A stretch of 33,101 nt of DNA from an uncultured Coriobacteriia bacterium. Its GTDB lineage: Bacteria; Actinomycetota; Coriobacteriia; Coriobacteriales; QAMH01. This document shows positions 26,426 through 33,101 of this stretch, one piece after another. The position numbers and the translations under genes were made by a program. Location: the NCBI GenBank assembly GCA_902493755.1, contig CABURF010000001.1, positions 1 through 33,101 on the forward strand, written 5' to 3'. Each line of letters begins with the position of its first letter. Position 1 is the stretch's first letter. The notes below the pieces were generated by a model. That model saw nothing but the letters and a program-made list of their open reading frames with translations. It did not search any database and had not been told where the DNA came from.

Positions 26426-29335
26426 TTAGACACCGCCTGGTTCCTGCGTCTCCATGAGACGCGCAATCTCACTAATAGTAAGGGTTCGAATATCCTGCGT
26501 TGGCATGGCACGCAGGAAGGACTTAGCGTAGTTCTTGGTTTGTAGACGCGCGTCTGCGAGCACGAGCCAGCCGCTGTCGGTCGAGTTGCGGATGAGACGC
26601 CCAGCGGCCTGCTTGAGATCCATTACGGCTTCGGGCAGCGAGTAGCGTCCCCAGGCCGCGCGACCATTACGCGCCTCGCGCTCGCGAGCGATGGGGTCAT
26701 CAGGACGGCTGAAGGGGAGGCGTGCAATGACAACGCAACGTAGGGTATCACCCGGAGCGTCGAAGCCCTCCCAGAAGGACTTGAGCGCGAACATAGACAG
26801 GTTCCTGTCTGACAGGAACCTGTCGCGTAGTGACTTCGTGCTCGTGCCACGCGTCTGCGCGATGAGGTCGATGCCCTCATTGGCGAGACGTGGCTTAAGT
26901 TCACGATAGAAGTTCTCCATCTCGCGGCGGTTTGTGAAGAGGGTGAGCACCGAGCCGCCCATCGCAACGTGGACCTCATAGAGCAGATGCGCAAAGGCCT
27001 CATGATAATCCGGCGCGTTGGGCTCGGGCATGTCGCTTGGCAACAGCACGGACATGTTGTGGTCGTAGTCGTACCCCGATGCGAAGATGCTCGTGTAGAC
27101 GGGCTTGTCCGTCACGCGATCGAGCCCCGTTGCGCGTAGGAAGTGCGCAAAGGGCTCGCGTTCGGCGGTGGCGAGGGTGGCCGAGGTAAAGACGAGACTG
27201 CATGTTTGCGGGTAAAGGTCCGCGGCTAGGGATTCGCCGATGTCGAGGCGCATGGCCTCGAGGGCCTGCATGGGATAGCGCGGATTGCGGTCGATCTGCA
27301 GCGACGTGACGTAGCGTTCGTCCGTGCCATCGAGGATGAGGCGAAGGGCATCGACGGCTCCCTTGATGTTGGCAGTGATGCTCGAGAGCTCGGCGAGTTG
27401 GTTGACGAACTCACCCTCAAATTGCTCGAGCATGGAGATGAGGTCGGCAAGGCGTCCGTTGAGGCCCCAGAGCAAATCGGCAAGTTTGGTACCGGGTGCA
27501 CAGAGCTCGCGCCAGGCGCGCCCTTGCCGCACTTCGCTGCTAATCCAAACGGTGACAATGTTGTAACTGCCTCTATCGCGCGCGCTGGGGGAGGGAAGCT
27601 CGGCAAGCGCCGTGAAGAACTCTGCAGCAACCAGTTGAATTTGGCCGATACGGTTTTCGATATCGGCCGTTACGCCATAGAGCATGTCGCCACCCTCGAG
27701 CCTGTCGGCACGCTTGCGTACGCGCGCCACGATGCCGCTCTTTGGGTTGGAGAGGTGGCCGAGCATGGTGTCGAGCTCGCGTGAGGTGATCGAGTTCGAG
27801 AGTTGGCGACGTGCCTCACCCTCGACGCCGTGCGCCTCATCGATAATCCAATGCCTAATAGGGGGCAAGATACCATTGTCGGTCTGCATGTCGCGGAACA
27901 GTAGCGCGTGGTTGGTGATGACGATGTCGGCGCTAGTGGCAGCCCGACGCGCTCCGTGCAGGAAACAACGCCGCGGGAAGTATGGGCAGCGCTTCTTGAG
28001 GCAGTCGTTGGCGTTTGCCTGGATATCATTGCGTGGTAGGCGCACCCAACTAATATTTAGTGCGTCGAGATCGCCGTGACTCGTTTGTGCTGTGAAGTTG
28101 AGGAGCGTTGCGATCATGCTGATGACATCGCAGTTGTCACCCTGGTCTGCGCGTGCCATGTGCTCGAGCTTGCGCAGGCACAGGTAGTGGTCATAGCCTT
28201 TGAGCGCAACATAGGAGAGATTTCCGCCAAGCACGCTGTTAAGACGGGGTAGTTCGTGGTAGACGAGCTGATCCATGAGGGCATTGGTTTTCGTTGCAAC
28301 GCCCATGGTGACCTTGTTCTCGTGGGCGCCAAAAGCGACAGGTACCAGGTAGGCCATCGACTTTCCGACGCCCGTACCCGCTTCGATGACGCGAATGTCA
28401 CCCTCGCGCAGGCACGCGGCAACTTCATGCGCCATGTCGAGCTGTTCCTGGCGCTCCTCGTACTCGGGGTACATTGAACCCAAGATGCCGGTGGGGGAGA
28501 AGGCCTCGTCGATACGGCTTTCATTGCAAAACGTGAGCGGGATGTCGTCAGCGTCGGGGCGTGGGGGCAGGGCGGCGCCCTGCGTGCGTTCGGTGCGATT
28601 GCGGCGTAGCGAGAAGTCGACGCCAGGATGCTCGAGCGCGGCCTGCGCGAAGTAGGGACGCAACGGCCAGTCGGTCTGCGGGGAAAGATCGGCGATACGG
28701 GCTGCAAGACCAGGGGTCATCGCCTGGATGCCCGCGAGGAGCATGCGCCATAGGGCGCCGAGGGCAACGGTGTCATCCATCGCACGGTGGGTGGGTGTTG
28801 ACAGGCCGAATGCGCCGGCAAGGTCGAGGAGACGATGTGACTTGAGGCGCGGCAAGACGATTTGCGACAACGAGAGTGTGTCAACCCATTGTCCGAGTAA
28901 GTCGCCGGGACTGGCCTGGCGCATGATGAACTGTTGGTCGAAACTTGCGTTATGCGCGACGAGGTTGCAATCACCTGCAAACTTCGCAAACGCCGCGACA
29001 GCTTCGCGTGGGGTGGGGGCACCGACAATGTCTGCTTGGGTAATGCCCGTGAGCTCGGTGATTTCGGGTGGAATGGCGCGCCCAGGGTCTACGAAGGTCT
29101 GGAACGTATCGACGGTTTCGCTCCCACGCATGCGGATGGCGGCAATCTCGAGCAGCGAGCAGCTGGAGGGGTTGAGTCCCGTGGTCTCGGTATCGAGTAC
29201 GACGACCTCGTCCTCGATGAGGCCAAACTGAAGCTCGTGGGCTCGCTCGGGGAGCTGACGGTACATGTTGGAGACATCGTCATCAGTACCCGCAATGAGG
29301 AATTCGCTTAGTCGTATTTCACGTGAAACAACCAT
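26426..29335 (-). CDS. dinG: DinG-family ATP-dependent helicase with N-terminal DnaQ-like 3'-5' exonuclease domain
   Basis: Exo motifs VVLDTETTGL, VAHNASFDQQF and HRAMDDTVA. Helicase motifs EAGTGVGKSMAYL (Walker A) and WIIDEAHGVEG (DEAH). A Cys cluster (LCLRKL ... NDCLKKRCPYFPRRCF) is compatible with an Fe-S domain. ATG at 29335, with an in-frame TTG at 29341. Confidence 0.9.
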   Translation of the reverse strand: MVVSREIRLSEFLIAGTDDDVSNMYRQLPERAHELQFGLIEDEVVVLDTETTGLNPSSCSLLEIAAIRMRGSETVDTFQTFVDPGRAIPPEITELTGITQADIVGAPTPREAVAAFAKFAGDCNLVAHNASFDQQFIMRQASPGDLLGQWVDTLSLSQIVLPRLKSHRLLDLAGAFGLSTPTHRAMDDTVALGALWRMLLAGIQAMTPGLAARIADLSPQTDWPLRPYFAQAALEHPGVDFSLRRNRTERTQGAALPPRPDADDIPLTFCNESRIDEAFSPTGILGSMYPEYEERQEQLDMAHEVAACLREGDIRVIEAGTGVGKSMAYLVPVAFGAHENKVTMGVATKTNALMDQLVYHELPRLNSVLGGNLSYVALKGYDHYLCLRKLEHMARADQGDNCDVISMIATLLNFTAQTSHGDLDALNISWVRLPRNDIQANANDCLKKRCPYFPRRCFLHGARRAATSADIVITNHALLFRDMQTDNGILPPIRHWIIDEAHGVEGEARRQLSNSITSRELDTMLGHLSNPKSGIVARVRKRADRLEGGDMLYGVTADIENRIGQIQLVAAEFFTALAELPSPSARDRGSYNIVTVWISSEVRQGRAWRELCAPGTKLADLLWGLNGRLADLISMLEQFEGEFVNQLAELSSITANIKGAVDALRLILDGTDERYVTSLQIDRNPRYPMQALEAMRLDIGESLAADLYPQTCSLVFTSATLATAEREPFAHFLRATGLDRVTDKPVYTSIFASGYDYDHNMSVLLPSDMPEPNAPDYHEAFAHLLYEVHVAMGGSVLTLFTNRREMENFYRELKPRLANEGIDLIAQTRGTSTKSLRDRFLSDRNLSMFALKSFWEGFDAPGDTLRCVVIARLPFSRPDDPIAREREARNGRAAWGRYSLPEAVMDLKQAAGRLIRNSTDSGWLVLADARLQTKNYAKSFLRAMPTQDIRTLTISEIARLMETQEPGGV
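29315..29330. promoter_or_regulatory. parS-like site (15/16 match) inside the first codons of dinG
   Basis: TATTTCACGTGAAACA versus consensus TGTTTCACGTGAAACA. The 14-bp core GTTTCACGTGAAAC is degenerate at one base only (ATTTCACGTGAAAC here). Confidence 0.65.
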
Positions 29336-29414
29336 GTTCAAAGCCTATCATGTTGTAGAGACAAAACACGTGGTCAAATCGGTATACTTGCCAGCAGTCG
29401 ACTGGAGGACAAGC

Positions 29415-30059
29415 ATGTCTGAACCCGAAATCTACTATGCAACGTACTGTTGCCTTGACGAGGTGAGTGGTGATTCGTGCGTCATCGTAAATCCAAACGC
29501 CGCCGTCATCGCCGCCGAACTCACGGTGACCAAGGAGATTCATGTTACCGAGAGGGGCAAGGAAGTGCCGCGTATCCTGCTAAGCCGCGGTGACGTGGCA
29601 ATGGGTTTCCTACCGGACAAGGTCTTTAACAGGGTGAATAAACTTCTCGATGAAGGTTGGACCTGCCGGGCTTTTGCGAGTGCAGTCATTATCGATAAAG
29701 TCAGTGACATCACGCAGGTTGAGGCTGCGATCATTTGCTATCGACCCGATGTTGCCGCCTCCCTTGAAGCGTTTGTTGACATGCTCACTAAACACATGGC
29801 CAAGGGTGACCGTCCCGTCATTGATCTTTCGTCCAAAGAGGTCGAGCACGTCATCGAAGGTGCAGGTCAAGGCAGCGAAATCAAGCTGCAGAAACTTCCC
29901 AAGCTCGAGAAGGGGAGGGCATATTACAAGACCAGGCGCATGGTGACCGAGAACATGGCCTACGCTGCCGCCGAAGGTAACAAAGGCTGTTACGTGGGGC
30001 TTTTCATCGTCGTCTTTCTTGTTATCTTCTCGATTGTCAGCTTTATCTTCCTACGTTAG
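29415..30059 (+). CDS. Hypothetical tail-anchored protein (soluble domain + single C-terminal TM helix)
   Basis: ATG at 29415 with GGAGG 6 nt upstream. The C-terminus CYVGLFIVVFLVIFSIVSFIFL is hydrophobic. The longer ORF from 29265 overlaps the dinG start. I can assign no confident family; the segment RGDVAMGFLPDKVFNRVNKLLDEGW is faintly HIRAN-like. Confidence 0.6.
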   Translation: MSEPEIYYATYCCLDEVSGDSCVIVNPNAAVIAAELTVTKEIHVTERGKEVPRILLSRGDVAMGFLPDKVFNRVNKLLDEGWTCRAFASAVIIDKVSDITQVEAAIICYRPDVAASLEAFVDMLTKHMAKGDRPVIDLSSKEVEHVIEGAGQGSEIKLQKLPKLEKGRAYYKTRRMVTENMAYAAAEGNKGCYVGLFIVVFLVIFSIVSFIFLR

Positions 30060-30071
30060 GCGAGGTGACCT

Positions 30072-31391
30072 GTGTTTACCGAACGCGTGCTTTCGCAGGC
30101 CGTGCGCACGATGAACGGCCATTACCTGAACCTAAAACCACTCGATGAACCGCATCAGACGTTGCCGGCACCCAAGCCGGGCAAGCGCTACATGCTGTAC
30201 ATGCACATTCCCTTCTGCGAACGCCTGTGCCCTTACTGCTCTTTTAACAGGTTCCCGTTTGAAGAGAGCAAGGCGCGTAAGTACTTCGAGAACCTGCGCA
30301 CCGAGATGGACATGGTCGCTCGTCTTGGGTACGACTTCGACTCGCTGTATGTGGGTGGTGGTACGCCGACGATTCTCATCGACGAGCTCGTCACGACCAT
30401 CAACAAGGCGCGCGATATGTTCTCGATCACCGACGTGTCGAGTGAGACGAACCCCAATCATTTGCTTCCCGAATACATTGAAAAACTTGATGGGGTCGTG
30501 CAGAGGTTGTCCGTAGGTGTCCAAAGTTTCGACGATGGTTTACTTAAACAAATGGACAGGTATGACAAGTACGGAAGAGAGGAACATATCCTCAACAGAA
30601 TCATCGATGTTGCAGATGCAAATGTGTTCAAATCGCTGAACGTCGATATGATCTTCAATTTTCCGGCTCAGAACGAGGAAATGCTCATCAATGACGTAGC
30701 GGCTATCCTCGAATCGCATACAAACCAGGCCACGTTCTACCCCCTGATGGCCTCGCCGGCTGTCGAGAAGTCGCTGGCGGCGACTGTGGGCAAGGTGGAC
30801 TACGCCCGTGAGAAGGCGTTCTACGACATCATATGCGAGGCTTTGACCGGGGGCGATAACCCCGCTTTCACTTTTGGCGACGCCTGGACCTTCAACGACG
30901 CCACAAGCTCCATGATTGACGAGTACATCATCGATTACGAGGAATACCCCGCTCTTGGCAGCGGCGGCATGAGTTTTCTCGACAGCAAGCTGTTCGTGAA
31001 CACGTTTAGCATCAGAGAGTACGATGAGCGCATCGAGGCCGGCAGGCTGTCTGTTTCGCGCATGACCACCTTCAGCAAGCGCGATCACATGCGCTACCGT
31101 TTCATGATGCAGCTCTTTGGCCTGCGCCTCGACAAGAAGGCGTGGGAGCGGGACTTTGGCTGCAGCGTTGCAGCAGGTTTACCTGCAGAATATGCGTTCT
31201 TCAAGGCGAGCGGCGCCATCGATGTCGATGACGATGAGCAGATCACGCTGACCCCGAAGGGCCGCTACATGATGGTTGCGATGATGAGGCAGTTCTTCAT
31301 CGGCGTAAACGGCGTGCGCGACGATGCTCGCGCGTGTCTGCCAGGCGAGGAGCGCGAACTGCTCTTCGGGGCCGGCGTGCCCATCAAATAG
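30072..31391 (+). CDS. HemN/HemW-family radical SAM protein (coproporphyrinogen III oxidase-like)
   Basis: YMHIPFCERLCPYCSFN (CxxxCxxC), YVGGGTPT and RLSVGVQSFDD. About 439 aa. GTG start preceded by GAGGTG. Confidence 0.82.
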   Translation: MFTERVLSQAVRTMNGHYLNLKPLDEPHQTLPAPKPGKRYMLYMHIPFCERLCPYCSFNRFPFEESKARKYFENLRTEMDMVARLGYDFDSLYVGGGTPTILIDELVTTINKARDMFSITDVSSETNPNHLLPEYIEKLDGVVQRLSVGVQSFDDGLLKQMDRYDKYGREEHILNRIIDVADANVFKSLNVDMIFNFPAQNEEMLINDVAAILESHTNQATFYPLMASPAVEKSLAATVGKVDYAREKAFYDIICEALTGGDNPAFTFGDAWTFNDATSSMIDEYIIDYEEYPALGSGGMSFLDSKLFVNTFSIREYDERIEAGRLSVSRMTTFSKRDHMRYRFMMQLFGLRLDKKAWERDFGCSVAAGLPAEYAFFKASGAIDVDDDEQITLTPKGRYMMVAMMRQFFIGVNGVRDDARACLPGEERELLFGAGVPIK

Positions 31392-31395
31392 GCGC

Positions 31396-32313
31396 CTATT
31401 CATCTGAGAGACTGTGCATACTTCCCGCTTGAAGCAGCTCTTCTGCGTACTTTTCGCATGCATCAACAAGTGGCTGCGGCTCAAGCGCAAGCACCCTGCC
31501 CATGTGTGCGACGATGTGTTTGGGTAGCCAGGAGCTGCCTGTCCAGGGAATGCTCGCTGTACGCGAACCATCAGCGCTTGTGCCTGTGACCTTGAGGTTG
31601 TGCCAAGGGGGAAGCGGGCAATCCGCGCTGAACAGCAGTTGTGCGCGAGCGCTTGCATCAAGGCCGATGGAGGGGCGAGGGGCATCCGAACGAGGCAAAA
31701 AGCACTCGTCGAGCGTCTGGGCACGTGTGATGCGGTCGATTCTGAACGAACGCCAGCCTTCTGACGTGCGGCAATATGCTTGCAGATAACGATGGCTGTC
31801 TTCCGAGAAAATTCGCAAGGGCTCAACGTGCCTGATCAGCGGGGTTTCGTCGTCCGTGCCGCGATAGCTGATTTCAAGAACATGATGCTCGAGGTCCTCA
31901 CAGGCCGCTGCAAGCGTTTGTGCAACGTCTGGGTAGGCAGACTCCGTTACGACCCTCAAACGGGGCTTAGAAGCGCTCTCAGGGCCTTCCAACACGGTTT
32001 TGGTGCGCAGGAGCGCAGACACAAGCTCGTCGTCAGTCGAAAACCCCGCCGTCGTGAGCGCATCGACAAGCGTACCTGCTTCGGGTGCGGTCAAGCGCAG
32101 GAGGCGATCTGTGCCGTAGGCTTGGAGGGTCGCGTACGAATCGTGCAGGTCAAGGCGTATTGACGCTGCGTCGTAGGCAAAGACGAGGACTTCGAGCGCA
32201 TCGTAAATGCGCTGATCGTCAGCATCAAGAAGGATCGCAAGTTGGGGAATCGACACGGTTTTCTCGCGCTCAAGTTGAGCCATGATTGCGAGGAGCAGCT
32301 GCTTATCCTTCAT
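31396..32313 (-). CDS. HTH-WYL-WCX transcriptional regulator (PafC-like)
   Basis: 305 aa with an N-terminal wHTH-like segment and a WYL core HRYLQAYCRTSEGWRSFRIDRITRA. AAGGAGG lies 6 nt upstream of the ATG. It overlaps the upstream WYL gene by 11 nt. Confidence 0.8.
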   Translation of the reverse strand: MKDKQLLLAIMAQLEREKTVSIPQLAILLDADDQRIYDALEVLVFAYDAASIRLDLHDSYATLQAYGTDRLLRLTAPEAGTLVDALTTAGFSTDDELVSALLRTKTVLEGPESASKPRLRVVTESAYPDVAQTLAAACEDLEHHVLEISYRGTDDETPLIRHVEPLRIFSEDSHRYLQAYCRTSEGWRSFRIDRITRAQTLDECFLPRSDAPRPSIGLDASARAQLLFSADCPLPPWHNLKVTGTSADGSRTASIPWTGSSWLPKHIVAHMGRVLALEPQPLVDACEKYAEELLQAGSMHSLSDE

Positions 32314-33101
32314 GGCGCACCTCCTTGTGGGCGGCGCTTAGGTAGGCTCTGAGGCCGTCAATGTATATTTGACGTGCGGATTCTGGCTCTTCGATGTGCA
32401 AACCGGGGCCGTTTTCGATGCACCACTGGGCCAGGGCGTGCGCATTACGGCAATTTACTGTCCACATGATGTGGTCGCCGTCTTGCTCGAATGCGCCAAT
32501 ACCCATTGTGAGCTGGGAAAACGCTTGCAACACCGGTTCATCGATGCGGATACGGGCCGTAAACAAATCGTCCCCAAACTGGAAGGGCAGGCCGTAGAAA
32601 TCAGCGGCATCAAAGGGGCGTTCCTCGAAATCAGGAGATTTGGGATTGGTGCCGTTGACACGCAACTTGCCCATGCGATCAAGACGAAATAGCCGTTCAG
32701 AGTCAAGGTTGGGATCGTATGCGGCAACGTAGCAGGAACCCTTCAGGAAAAAGCAGCCCAGGGGCTCGACCGTGCGCTGCGATTGCGTTCCTGTGGTGTT
32801 CGTGTATGCGAAGCTGAGGCGCTTGCGCGTCGTTATAGCCTTCTTGACCTTGGCAAATCCCTGTGGAATGCGCGATGGGGTATTGCCGCTCCCATCGACA
32901 AGCTGGGGAAGCATGTCGGGAATCTCAAGCTCGTCACCAAGCTTGACAAGCACCATGCGCAGTTCCTCCTTGAGCGGGTAGTCCTTGTCGTCCAGCAGGG
33001 CTCCGCAGAGCAAACGTAGAAGGCTGACCTGCGGTTTTGTGAGGACGAGGGGTGCGGCGAGTGTCTTGGCGCTGTCAAGCGCGTATCGCTGCTGGTTGTC
33101 G
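32303..33101 (-). CDS. WYL-domain transcriptional regulator (PafB-like), 5' end outside window
   Basis: WYL core is RLSFAYTNTTGTQSQRTVEPLGCFFLKGSCYVAAYDPNLDSERLFRLDRM. The reading frame stays open from the TTG at 33013 to the window edge (hand translation ...DNQQRYALDSAKTLAAPLVLTKPQVSLLRLLCGALL...), so the N-terminal HTH is probably beyond 33101. Confidence 0.8.
   Translation of the reverse strand, partial: DNQQRYALDSAKTLAAPLVLTKPQVSLLRLLCGALLDDKDYPLKEELRMVLVKLGDELEIPDMLPQLVDGSGNTPSRIPQGFAKVKKAITTRKRLSFAYTNTTGTQSQRTVEPLGCFFLKGSCYVAAYDPNLDSERLFRLDRMGKLRVNGTNPKSPDFEERPFDAADFYGLPFQFGDDLFTARIRIDEPVLQAFSQLTMGIGAFEQDGDHIMWTVNCRNAHALAQWCIENGPGLHIEEPESARQIYIDGLRAYLSAAHKEVRHEG

Overview
This 33.1-kb window is the chromosomal replication-origin neighbourhood of a moderately high-G+C Gram-positive bacterium. 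One side carries dnaA-dnaN-recF-DUF721-gyrB-gyrA (minus strand) and the other rpmH-rnpA-yidD-yidC-jag-rsmG-parA-parB (plus strand). That order, together with a PafBC-like WYL pair and a DUF151 nuclease, is actinobacterial and looks most like class Coriobacteriia. This placement is an inference; no search was run. The window is explained by 30 protein genes, 3 tRNAs (Ser-GGA, Ser-CGA, Glu-UUC), a bipartite DnaA-box/AT-rich origin and three parS sites. Five things are not ordinary. (1) A 250-aa GHKL-type ATPase fused to a winged HTH sits between the upstream DnaA-box cluster and dnaA, ending 10 nt before the dnaA start codon. (2) dnaA is split by a 1-nt frameshift as assembled. (3) There are two related families of nested palindromic intergenic repeats (16-mer core GACAAATGACCTGTCC; termini AATGAGACA/TGTCTCATT). 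They include a perfect 46+46-bp palindrome between recF and the DUF721 gene, and a composite element in which one family brackets the other. (4) An AmmeMemoRadiSam-type operon encodes a fused LigB/Memo-like + AMMECR1 protein, with a repeat hairpin inside the operon. (5) A cluster with a DNA-damage flavour holds a DUF151 nuclease, an exonuclease-DinG fusion, a tail-anchored protein, a HemN-like radical SAM protein and two overlapping WYL regulators. No CRISPR array, transposase, integrase or phage gene was seen. All product calls rest on motifs read from the supplied translations and on synteny, not on database searches.
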